38,830 nt of DNA from a virus (IMGVR_UViG_3300033067_000803:1-38830); one strand, 5' to 3'; shown: positions 27,259-35,412, counted from the first letter of the stretch. Numbers and translations: made by a program. The notes: a model not told the origin generated them from the letters alone.

Positions 27259-27277
27259 GTTTAGAACGTGGCTATTG
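27259..27277 (+). promoter_or_regulatory. Putative late promoter (secreted-protein cluster)
   Basis: GTTTA GAACG TGGCTATTG; ATG 2 nt later. Confidence 0.65.
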
Positions 27278-27279
27278 TC

Positions 27280-29211
27280 ATGAAATCAATAGCCCTATTC
27301 CTTTTCTGTTTCTGTTCGGTCTTGGTGAGAGCGCAGGGCCGGACAGAAACGTTAAATATTGAAATCGGAAGATCGTCAACCGTGTCGATAACCGCCACGG
27401 AGGAAACGGATACAACAGTCAATGTTGTAGTCAAAAGCGGTGGAATGGATTACGACCTATCTGCATGGCGCGGAGTCCTTTGGTACGGAATCCAAGGTAG
27501 CGGAATGGCTGTAACGAACACTTCCACAAGCTATAACGTCTTCACGTTCGACCTGCCCACTTCAAAAATCCCGACAAACGGGCTTTATGAGCTTCAAGTC
27601 TTCGGTGTCACGACAAACAGAACGGAAGAATGGGCGCGTGGCCGTATGTCTGTAAGGCTGAACCCGTCAAAAGGATCGCTTCCAGCGGAATGGACATCTT
27701 ATCCGTCATTTTACGGACCGCTGACAAATAGGCTTGCAGGGCTCGAGGCCTGTACAAACGGCTGGAACGCTGCACAGGAAAACGCTATACAGTTCGCCAC
27801 GACAAACCGTTCGGTTAGGATATTCAACCCGTCTAATTTGAGCGAGTATTTAGACGGGGCTGGTAATATGTACGTTGTCAGTAACTTCTGGAACATGTCG
27901 TTCTCGCCTGATTTCGATGACAATTATAATCCGGCTCAAACCAACTACCTGTTTACCGCAGTAGATCAACGCTATTTTGAGGGTGAAATTGCATACTATT
28001 TTTTGGGCAATCCAGTTTATTTATCATATTGGGATCTTCGCCCGACTGTAATTTATCATAAAACAAGCAGTCTGGTTGCAACCCGCACCTACCTTGCGAC
28101 CACAAATGCTTATGTACTTGATGCCGTCGTTAATACAGGAGCATCAGGTCATGCTTATATCAGTCACTGGGCGACGACCAACCTAATCGGAACTCTTGCT
28201 TTAGAGTCTGGCGTAACGGCAGGGCTTGCCAGCAAGGTTTCAACAAACGATCAAACCTACTTGAATACTGTTTCTAAAGCCAATACTGCCTTGCAGGTTC
28301 AGACACAACAGGTTTGGGTTGCAACGTCAGGTACAGCCGGAACCGTTACAGGATCGCAGTCGCAACTTGTTTCTCGCGCATGGCAGAATCTGGCAAGCTC
28401 TACAAACTGGACGTGGACGAATGACGGCAGGGAAATAACGTTGACTGGGTATAATGGTCCAAGCAATGTGATTATCCCGGACATGCTTGACGGGCTTCCA
28501 GTAGCCATTCTAAACCAGACTTTCAGCGTTTATGACGCACAACAAGACGAGTACATTGGGAAAGGCATAACATCAGTTAGAGGCGGTTCTAACCTCAAGG
28601 CTGTCATGGCTTCAAGTTTCCGTAACTGCTCGGAATTGATGGATGTTGATCTAAATTCAGTGACCAATATTGAAATTGCAGCATTTTTCTCATGCAAAAA
28701 ACTGCGGTCAATCAACATAAAATCAATTGTTGAAATAGGTGAATCCGCTTTTGACAACTGCACCAATCTGACGCAAATCACGTTGCCGAGCTCATTGACA
28801 ACAATAGGCCCGTATGCATTTGCAGTCAGGGAAACGCTTCAGTCACCCTTTAATTTGTATTTCACAGGGTCAGCTCCTTCTATTGTTGGCGATCCTGCTA
28901 TATTTGATTTGCGTCTATCCGTAACGAACTACGTCACCAGCCCGACCGCCACAGGCTGGGGTTCGACCTTCGGAGGTATGCCAGTCGTGCGCATGCCAAT
29001 GACAGGAACGATTTCCACCACATCAATAACGCTTGGTGGCGTTTCCCGCACAAACTGGCCTACCGGAATGACAGGCGGCGAGGTGACGAACATTGTCAGA
29101 TCAATTGTCTATACCAATCAAACATGGGGCGCAGCCGGAACGAACATCATTATCCGGACGTATTGGGATGCGACAAACAGGACCTTTGCGGTCGAGGAGA
29201 TTACACCATGA
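27280..29211 (+). CDS. Signal-peptide-bearing fibre/receptor-binding-like protein with BspA-type leucine-rich repeats (LRR_5)
   Basis: MKSIALFLFCFCSVLVRA signal; ITLTGYNG..NVIIPD.LDGLPV cap; IGESAFDNCTNLTQITLPSSLTTIGPYAF repeats; BppU-like N-domain suspected. Confidence 0.75.
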   Translation: MKSIALFLFCFCSVLVRAQGRTETLNIEIGRSSTVSITATEETDTTVNVVVKSGGMDYDLSAWRGVLWYGIQGSGMAVTNTSTSYNVFTFDLPTSKIPTNGLYELQVFGVTTNRTEEWARGRMSVRLNPSKGSLPAEWTSYPSFYGPLTNRLAGLEACTNGWNAAQENAIQFATTNRSVRIFNPSNLSEYLDGAGNMYVVSNFWNMSFSPDFDDNYNPAQTNYLFTAVDQRYFEGEIAYYFLGNPVYLSYWDLRPTVIYHKTSSLVATRTYLATTNAYVLDAVVNTGASGHAYISHWATTNLIGTLALESGVTAGLASKVSTNDQTYLNTVSKANTALQVQTQQVWVATSGTAGTVTGSQSQLVSRAWQNLASSTNWTWTNDGREITLTGYNGPSNVIIPDMLDGLPVAILNQTFSVYDAQQDEYIGKGITSVRGGSNLKAVMASSFRNCSELMDVDLNSVTNIEIAAFFSCKKLRSINIKSIVEIGESAFDNCTNLTQITLPSSLTTIGPYAFAVRETLQSPFNLYFTGSAPSIVGDPAIFDLRLSVTNYVTSPTATGWGSTFGGMPVVRMPMTGTISTTSITLGGVSRTNWPTGMTGGEVTNIVRSIVYTNQTWGAAGTNIIIRTYWDATNRTFAVEEITP

Positions 29212-29936
29212 ACCGCCTAATCATTTTGTTTTTATGTTTTGCCGGAACGTTGCAAGCCGCCACAACAAACAAGTTCCTGCAGGTTCTTATTAACGATGCC
29301 GGACAGACCCGTCCTGCTCAATCGATTGCCACGCCGCAGCAGGTCAACTTGGCAATTGATCAAGCAACGGCCACATTATCAGACTCACAGGTGCTGCAGG
29401 CTATTGCGAGCAACGCCCAAGCAAGGGCCCAGGCCGCGTATAATAGAACCTCGCTTTACTCCACCAACTTTACTGTCACGTCAACGGTTTACGTTCAATC
29501 AATCGGAGGGGTCCCGTACGATGCCAGCAATCAGACTATCCGGTGTCACAGTGTCCAAATCGTGTCGACCAATGTAGAAATCATTGCATCAGTTAAACAA
29601 ATCCCCCTTGTTACTCCTGTCCTTGATTGGAGGCAAAAGCTAAACATGGGGGCGTGGACCAATATCACGGCGACTGTTGTAGAGACTTCCATTCCGGCAG
29701 GTGTCACGGATGCGGCGCGGGCCTATAAGTTCACTCTTCCGAAGCCAAGCAATACTTCGGCCTTTTTTCGCGTCATAGACAACTCGACAGGGGCAAGCGG
29801 TTCTGGGCTTTACTGGCTCGTTTTTGGTGGAATCTATGTTGATGGCCGTGCGGGCATGACAGGATCAATCACCAACAACGTGGGTGCAGTCTATTCGATT
29901 CGCGGCGGCATCGTGGTAAACCCGACACCTCTCTAA
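29208..29936 (+). CDS. Signal-peptide-bearing fibre-like protein
   Basis: SD GAGGAG; MNRLIILFLCFAGTLQA signal; C-terminal GMTG...YSIRGGIV. Confidence 0.7.
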   Translation: MNRLIILFLCFAGTLQAATTNKFLQVLINDAGQTRPAQSIATPQQVNLAIDQATATLSDSQVLQAIASNAQARAQAAYNRTSLYSTNFTVTSTVYVQSIGGVPYDASNQTIRCHSVQIVSTNVEIIASVKQIPLVTPVLDWRQKLNMGAWTNITATVVETSIPAGVTDAARAYKFTLPKPSNTSAFFRVIDNSTGASGSGLYWLVFGGIYVDGRAGMTGSITNNVGAVYSIRGGIVVNPTPL

Positions 29937-29943
29937 GGACTCA

Positions 29944-30270
29944 ATGGAAATCCTAGATAATATCTTTCTCTTTATCATGAAGGGGCTTTTTCTTGAAGTA
30001 GGCAGCACGTGCAGCGGAGCACGTACATGCATTGAATGCCTCGTTGTGGCGGTTTGCTGCTGTCTGGTTGACATGGCTTTCAGCATCAAGATATTTCTCG
30101 TGGCGTTACTCGCGGCAATCGTTTGCAATGCGTTCCGGTGCTGGATGCTTATTGAGTGGATTCAGAACGGTTGGCCACACTATCAGGTAATGCATGATTA
30201 CGGCGGGATGGCCATGGTTGCCTGTACCTTTTTCATTATAGCCTCTTTTCATCCAAGAAAGAAAAAATGA
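29944..30270 (+). CDS. Minimal exosortase/archaeosortase-family membrane protease
   Basis: LEVGSTCSG (Cys), IVCNAFR (Arg) and MHDYGG (His) in the family order, separated by hydrophobic helices. Confidence 0.75.
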   Translation: MEILDNIFLFIMKGLFLEVGSTCSGARTCIECLVVAVCCCLVDMAFSIKIFLVALLAAIVCNAFRCWMLIEWIQNGWPHYQVMHDYGGMAMVACTFFIIASFHPRKKK

Positions 30271-31016
30271 AAAAAAACATAATTTTATGCATGTTTCTTT
30301 TTTCTTTGTCTGCCTCGGCTAGCGAACACACGCCAATAGCTTCACTGTTCAGGATGCTGTTCTGGAGGGGCGGGGACTGGGCGTTAATGGCAGCCTACGA
30401 TAAGAATAACGCCAGTCAACAGGCGGTTACAACCTCGTCAAATGCTGTAATTACGGCCACCAATACAGCAGCAGAAGTCGAAAGTTATGTCGACACGAAT
30501 AATGTTGTCACCTTCTCGTTCGATTGGCACAGCCCAAACCGTTTGCCCTATCACGAAAGACAGAACGTCCTTGGGCGCACGGTATGGGTTCAACCGACAA
30601 ACATTTTAGGGGTGGTTCACGAGGACCACTACGTTGCGTTCAACGAGTCAGCTACCACGAACCCAGCGGTTATTATGATTGAATACGCCAGGACGCTGGA
30701 CAACGGAACAGTAGAGCGCATCAGCTCACCCACCGTCACAAACAGTTATCCGAATATGTATCCGGTCACACTGCAAAGCGGTGTCCACACCTGTTATTGG
30801 TTCAGATGCGCGGTCCCTGTTGCTTACACAAACAGCCTTAGAGACTGGAACGGAGAGGCCCTGTTCGGATCGCCGGAAGGGTCAGGAAAAGGATTCGACC
30901 TCCTGGGGACCTTGCTGATTGATGACGGTGACAATATCTGGGAGGGCGCGACCACCAACATGGTGTTCGGCGCGGTTACAAATCAGGTAAAGAACGGGAT
31001 CGTACTGGAGAGATAA
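30267..31016 (+). CDS. Signal-peptide-bearing fibre-like protein
   Basis: MKKNIILCMFLFSLSASA (AxA) signal; C-terminal EGATT...QVKNGIV; ATGA-coupled to the exosortase-like gene. Confidence 0.7.
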   Translation: MKKNIILCMFLFSLSASASEHTPIASLFRMLFWRGGDWALMAAYDKNNASQQAVTTSSNAVITATNTAAEVESYVDTNNVVTFSFDWHSPNRLPYHERQNVLGRTVWVQPTNILGVVHEDHYVAFNESATTNPAVIMIEYARTLDNGTVERISSPTVTNSYPNMYPVTLQSGVHTCYWFRCAVPVAYTNSLRDWNGEALFGSPEGSGKGFDLLGTLLIDDGDNIWEGATTNMVFGAVTNQVKNGIVLER

Positions 31017-31017
31017 A

Positions 31018-31332
31018 ATGAGGGCTATTATCATTATCATGTTTTTGGCTATCGTGCTTTTCATTTGTAGTTTGTTTGTGTCCAACTCTAAGAAAGAAGC
31101 GGAGATACAGCCGCGCACAGATGAATGGCAGCAAGGCGAGTTTATCACCCTCCGGCGTATCTATCCACATCAACGTTGTGGCGGTCAGCTCGTCTTTAAC
31201 GGGCAATCAGAACGTGCGCCTTACTCTGAAAAGGATACGTTCTACACTCATGTGTGTGACCACTGTAGCGCAACAAATCAAATCCTCAATCAGACATGGC
31301 CACAATACAAGCGTGAATGGAGGTCGAAATGA
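31018..31332 (+). CDS. Membrane-anchored zinc-ribbon protein
   Basis: N-terminal TM segment; HQRCGG...HVCDHC. Confidence 0.6.
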   Translation: MRAIIIIMFLAIVLFICSLFVSNSKKEAEIQPRTDEWQQGEFITLRRIYPHQRCGGQLVFNGQSERAPYSEKDTFYTHVCDHCSATNQILNQTWPQYKREWRSK

Positions 31333-31553
31333 GGATTATTCTTGCAATATTCCTGCTTTCCAGCGTATGCCGAGCTGAAAATACAAACAAGGTTTCCAAG
31401 GCTGAAAAGGAACGGAAAACAGAGCATTCAGCCAATAAGATCGTCCTAAAGTCCAGGCCAAAAGGAAGCACGAAGGAGAGTGACTGGAAGGTTGAACGCG
31501 AATACCCGCTGATGTTTGCCAACAACAAGAAGGATAAAAAAAAGGCTAAATGA
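31329..31553 (+). CDS. Small basic protein with signal peptide
   Basis: MRIILAIFLLSSVCRA; SD GGAGGT. Confidence 0.6.
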   Translation: MRIILAIFLLSSVCRAENTNKVSKAEKERKTEHSANKIVLKSRPKGSTKESDWKVEREYPLMFANNKKDKKKAK

Positions 31554-31642
31554 TTTGGGAAGTTCCCAAACGCCACGAGATGAAAAAATACCCATCTTTT
31601 CTTCTTAATTCCGTGGCGTAACTTTTAGGAGGATTGGAAACG

Positions 31643-31972
31643 ATGAGCAATGAAGAGATGATTTTGGATGTTATTACACGGGCGCGAGTTGCTTTGCAGG
31701 AGGCACAGGAAAAGGCTGATGACACGCCACGGCCTCAAAACGCCTGTCCAGCGCATGACTCCCAATTCGCGCTGACAAAGGCGCAGTCACAGGCCATGGA
31801 CACGCTTTTGCTGATGGCGCAACAGGCAATGAAGGGAGGAAATAAGTTTGGTAAGACGTGTTCTATTTTGGAGTATCTGACGCGTCCGTGGCCTTGCGTG
31901 TTCCTGGCCTTCGCGGTCTTCTCGCCAAACTTTCCGATGATATGTGATACGGTAAAAACTTTTTTCAAATAA
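31643..31972 (+). CDS. Membrane protein, possible holin/antiholin
   Basis: SD AGGAGG; CPAH motif and C-terminal hydrophobic segment; lysis-cassette position. Confidence 0.5.
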   Translation: MSNEEMILDVITRARVALQEAQEKADDTPRPQNACPAHDSQFALTKAQSQAMDTLLLMAQQAMKGGNKFGKTCSILEYLTRPWPCVFLAFAVFSPNFPMICDTVKTFFK

Positions 31973-31991
31973 ACAAAAAACAGGAGGTATA

Positions 31992-32186
31992 ATGGATAAG
32001 ATCAAGATGGCTATTCAGAGCCCGGTGTTTTTCGGGTTCGTGAGGGCTTTCGTGGCGGCTGGCTGCGGTGCGGCAGTTAAGCATGGCGTTGATATCGGAA
32101 GCTATGTTGAGCCTGTCACGGCTGGTGTTGTGATGGTGCTGGTTATGCTTTGGAGCAAGAGCAGCAAAACAGTAAAAAGGAAATAG
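31992..32186 (+). CDS. Putative holin
   Basis: 64 aa with two hydrophobic segments and basic C-terminus WSKSSKTVKRK; SD AGGAGG. Confidence 0.6.
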   Translation: MDKIKMAIQSPVFFGFVRAFVAAGCGAAVKHGVDIGSYVEPVTAGVVMVLVMLWSKSSKTVKRK

Positions 32187-32199
32187 GAGTGGTATCTTT

Positions 32200-32715
32200 A
32201 TGGGTAACAAGAAGTCTAAACCTGCCAAGATGCAGGAGAAGGAGGAGAAGATGAAGGAGAAGAAGGATAAACTGCACACGAAGCTGAAAGGCGGAGCTGC
32301 TGTTTGTACAATTGCGATGCTGATGATGACTGGATGCCAGACGGCAGACCCGGCCAGCAGGTCCAACCGTGCCGAGTACGGCGATATCTGCCCGCGCATC
32401 GAGATCAACGGATGCAGCAACGTTGTCAGTGTTACCAACATCGTCGGGGATGGCGTGTATGCGTCCGCGGACGGAGGAGGCGACACCCAGAGCAATACGC
32501 CCACCCAGACAACCGACACCAAGCCGGAGGTCGCCGTGGGCGTTGGAGGTGGCTCCGCAGGTACTGGCGGCGGCTCCAATCAGGAGACTGGGCTGACCGG
32601 GACGGTACTCAAAGCCCTGAAGGGCCTTGAAGGAGTGATAACGCCCAGCAATGAGAAAGCAGTCACGGAAGCGGTATCCGCAGCCTGCAAAGATGGGACC
32701 TGCGCACCGAAATAA
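32200..32715 (+). CDS. Putative lipoprotein (spanin candidate)
   Basis: Highly charged N-region, then AAVCTIAMLMMTGC lipobox. Confidence 0.55.
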   Translation: MGNKKSKPAKMQEKEEKMKEKKDKLHTKLKGGAAVCTIAMLMMTGCQTADPASRSNRAEYGDICPRIEINGCSNVVSVTNIVGDGVYASADGGGDTQSNTPTQTTDTKPEVAVGVGGGSAGTGGGSNQETGLTGTVLKALKGLEGVITPSNEKAVTEAVSAACKDGTCAPK

Positions 32716-32735
32716 CAACACTCTTTGTTATTCCG

Positions 32736-32773
32736 AACCCCTGCTGCGGTTGACCTGCGGCAGGGGTTTTGTT
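32736..32773 (+). terminator. Intrinsic terminator between the convergent late and integrase units
   Basis: AACCCCTGCTGCGG-TTGAC-CTGCGGCAGGGGTT followed by TTGTT. Confidence 0.85.
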
Positions 32774-32774
32774 A

Positions 32775-34277
32775 TTATGCTGCTCCTTTTAATGTTTCAG
32801 AAATCGCCTCTAAGTGTGACATAAGTCTCGCCAGGGGCGCCATTTGAACATTTGATGGCGAGAAAGCGTTTTTATCAACGCCAGCTTGGTCAAAGTCGAG
32901 TTCGACTTTTTTGGAGTCAGGATTATAGCGAGGTGGAACAGGAAGGGCCAAAAGGAGCCGTTTCTGACTCGCGGAATCCATCTTGCGCCACACGTCACGG
33001 ATGTTTTTGAACGTGTTGAAAATTAAAACAGCACGGTCAAAGTAGCTTTGAGGATCGACAATTTCAACGGCATTTTGCTCTAATTCCGCTATTTTTCCAT
33101 TATATTTAGCCTGTAATGCCTTATAGGTTGGTTGATCAAAGTCACCATCGATGTACTTTTCAGCGAGCTTTGAAAGCTTGTCTTTGTAGCTCTCAATATC
33201 CTTGATTCTCTGGTGTTCGACTCTCTTTAGGTCGTTTCCTTTTTTTAGCATGAAATCTAGAGCAATTTCAATTGATTTCGCCAGCTTTTCGGAAATAACG
33301 GCAAGCGTGGCTATCGCGTCTTCAGTAGCATTTACAAGGTCGGCTGCACGGATATTGGCATGCCCTTGTGGACAGCGGTAATATGGATACAGTCTGCCGT
33401 TCTTTGACCTTGAGTTGGAACCTTTGAGCCTTGATCCGCAAACGGAGCAGGTGCAAAGTGAAAGGTGGAAGCCGACATGTGATGGTTTATCCCGCCTCGG
33501 TTTCCTCTTGTCCTCGGCATAACGGGCTTCAAGCTTATACCATGTTTGAGGAGTGACATATCCGGGGAACGCGGCAAGGATATCCGAATTTGAAAGGCGC
33601 GTCCTGATGATGCCGCCATAGATAGGCTCGTGAAATATCCGGTTAGCCTTCCCACGGTCAAGACCCAAGGCCTTAAATCCAGCTATAGTGGCCGTCAGGG
33701 AGCTTGCGCCGCTGGCGTATGTCTTTAGCAGGGTGGTAAGCCTTGAAGCGTCTGGGCTCGAAATTTCGAGCACTGGGAGGCCGTCTGCTCTCCTTGCGAT
33801 CTTGAAGCCGTAAGGCGCGTGGTAATTCCATCCACCTTTGGCCGTCGTGGCTGTCATGCCGGATCGGGATCGGGCTGAACGGATATCATTATCGAATTGA
33901 GCGGAAGCAAACATTATCGCACTCATGAACTGTCCGGCAGGATCGTCGGAGATAGGTTCAGAAACGCTTAGGAGCTGGGTCTGGTGGGAGGCAAGCTTGG
34001 CCCTTATGGCAAGTCCGTCTGTCGCATTGCGTGAAAGCCTGTCAAGCCTGTGAACGATTAGAAAGGATGCTTTCTTTTTCCTGCAATCGTCCAAAGCCTT
34101 GATTAGTCCAGGTCTGTCAGCAGTCTTTGCAGACTCGCCAGCGTCCTCATAATGGGACAGGATTGTAATGTCGTGCCGTTCGCAATACGTCTTAATTTCG
34201 GCAAGCTGTGTCCCCAGCGATGTGCCTTTGATTTGGTCATCACTTGAAACACGTGTATATGCGACGGCTGTTTTCAT
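32775..34277 (-). CDS. int: Large serine recombinase (integrase)
   Basis: AYTRVSSDDQ catalytic Ser, DRLSRN, APYGF recombinase domain, CSVCG...YYRC zinc ribbon, coiled coil. Confidence 0.93.
   Translation of the reverse strand: MKTAVAYTRVSSDDQIKGTSLGTQLAEIKTYCERHDITILSHYEDAGESAKTADRPGLIKALDDCRKKKASFLIVHRLDRLSRNATDGLAIRAKLASHQTQLLSVSEPISDDPAGQFMSAIMFASAQFDNDIRSARSRSGMTATTAKGGWNYHAPYGFKIARRADGLPVLEISSPDASRLTTLLKTYASGASSLTATIAGFKALGLDRGKANRIFHEPIYGGIIRTRLSNSDILAAFPGYVTPQTWYKLEARYAEDKRKPRRDKPSHVGFHLSLCTCSVCGSRLKGSNSRSKNGRLYPYYRCPQGHANIRAADLVNATEDAIATLAVISEKLAKSIEIALDFMLKKGNDLKRVEHQRIKDIESYKDKLSKLAEKYIDGDFDQPTYKALQAKYNGKIAELEQNAVEIVDPQSYFDRAVLIFNTFKNIRDVWRKMDSASQKRLLLALPVPPRYNPDSKKVELDFDQAGVDKNAFSPSNVQMAPLARLMSHLEAISETLKGAA
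32823..32842 (+). other. Putative attP core: tRNA 3'-end fragment
   Basis: AAGT-CTCGC-CAGGGGC-G-CCA = 3' T-loop, T-stem, acceptor strand, discriminator and CCA; lies within the int 3' end. Confidence 0.65.
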
Positions 34278-34280
34278 GGT

Positions 34281-34484
34281 TTACTTGCTTCGTGCTGCTG
34301 CGAGGATGTTTGCAAGGAGCTGTGTCTGCTTTTCAAGCTCCTTCTTTGCGGATTCGTTATCCTTCTGCATCTTCCTCAAATCAGTCTGGATGCTGACAAG
34401 CCGGAAGTATGACAGGATCGGTGCTAAAATGATCGCGAATCCCAATATTATTAAACCAAGGTTTAAGGGTCCGATGTTTTCCAT
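34281..34484 (-). CDS. Small membrane protein (superinfection-exclusion candidate)
   Basis: One TM helix plus short coiled coil in the lysogeny operon. Confidence 0.6.
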   Translation of the reverse strand: MENIGPLNLGLIILGFAIILAPILSYFRLVSIQTDLRKMQKDNESAKKELEKQTQLLANILAAARSK

Positions 34485-34487
34485 AGG

Positions 34488-35330
34488 TTATTCCTTTGTC
34501 TGCTCCAGCAATTGCTCGGTTATTGACTTCTCTGGCGGCTCTGACTCGGGCTGTGTGCATTTTGCTTCAGCAGGTTTTGATTCCTTCTTGACTGATGGAG
34601 TGCTTTTTGTGGCCTTTGTCACTTTGTTCCTTGCAGTCAACGCCTCGTCTCCTTCAACGAGATCGCGCCTCAATACCGAATCACGGATCATATCCGCAAT
34701 CTCTGAATCTTCAACTTTAACACCTTCTGCTATTTTCCGCAATTCCCTTTTGACTGACTGTATAACTGGTTCAGACATGATGATTGCGCCTACAACAAAA
34801 CGGTTCACACACTGAATCTTCTCGTAAACATCATCCCGGACGTTCTTTTCGACTCCTTCTTTTGAGACGAGGAATAGTGTTTCCAGTGCTCGTTCATCAC
34901 GTACAGACACCTGAAAAAGATCGAACCTCGCAACCATATCCCACGCGATTGGCTGTTCAAAACGGAGCCGGTATACTTGCCAGTCCGCGCCATTGGTCAA
35001 TATGATCCACTGTATTCCCTTATTCGCGCCATATCCAACGGCCTGGCGCAGGTGGGCCTCTTTAAGCTCTGTACCGATTGCCTTGCATTCGATAAGAAAT
35101 TGAATCTTATCCCCGATCTTCACGGCGATATCACAATAGGTCCCTCGAATTGCAAGCTCGCTAGTCACCTCAAGGTATTTTTCATAGCCGAACACATCTG
35201 CCAGTATGTCAGTAATTACGGAAACAGTGTCCGACTCGTTCAAGTCTCGCGACTTTGCGATATTCAATACTTTCTGAAACTTCGGGACAACTGAACAAAA
35301 ACGCTCTTCAACTTTTTTAGGAATCTTCAT
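34488..35330 (-). CDS. Stand-alone HsdR N-terminal-like PD-(D/E)XK nuclease
   Basis: NESDT, VFGY, YCDIAV, IECK, QAVGY, ILTNG motifs. Confidence 0.8.
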   Translation of the reverse strand: MKIPKKVEERFCSVVPKFQKVLNIAKSRDLNESDTVSVITDILADVFGYEKYLEVTSELAIRGTYCDIAVKIGDKIQFLIECKAIGTELKEAHLRQAVGYGANKGIQWIILTNGADWQVYRLRFEQPIAWDMVARFDLFQVSVRDERALETLFLVSKEGVEKNVRDDVYEKIQCVNRFVVGAIIMSEPVIQSVKRELRKIAEGVKVEDSEIADMIRDSVLRRDLVEGDEALTARNKVTKATKSTPSVKKESKPAEAKCTQPESEPPEKSITEQLLEQTKE

Positions 35331-35412
35331 AAGATATGCCTTTCATTTTTTAAGGATACCAGCACTATTAAACATGGTCAAAATAAAAAGTGCATTTTGT
35401 TACATTTTGCGC

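Noticed and set aside
24692-31016. Diversity-generating retroelement or invertible fibre cassette
   Set aside because: No reverse transcriptase, no template/variable repeat pair and no local invertase noticed by eye.
27280-31553. PEP-CTERM-like sorting signals on the exosortase neighbours
   Set aside because: None ends with a motif, TM helix and basic cluster.
32823-32842. Complete tRNA gene
   Set aside because: Only the 3' 20 nt fit; upstream sequence lacks the 5' T-stem, anticodon arm and D arm.
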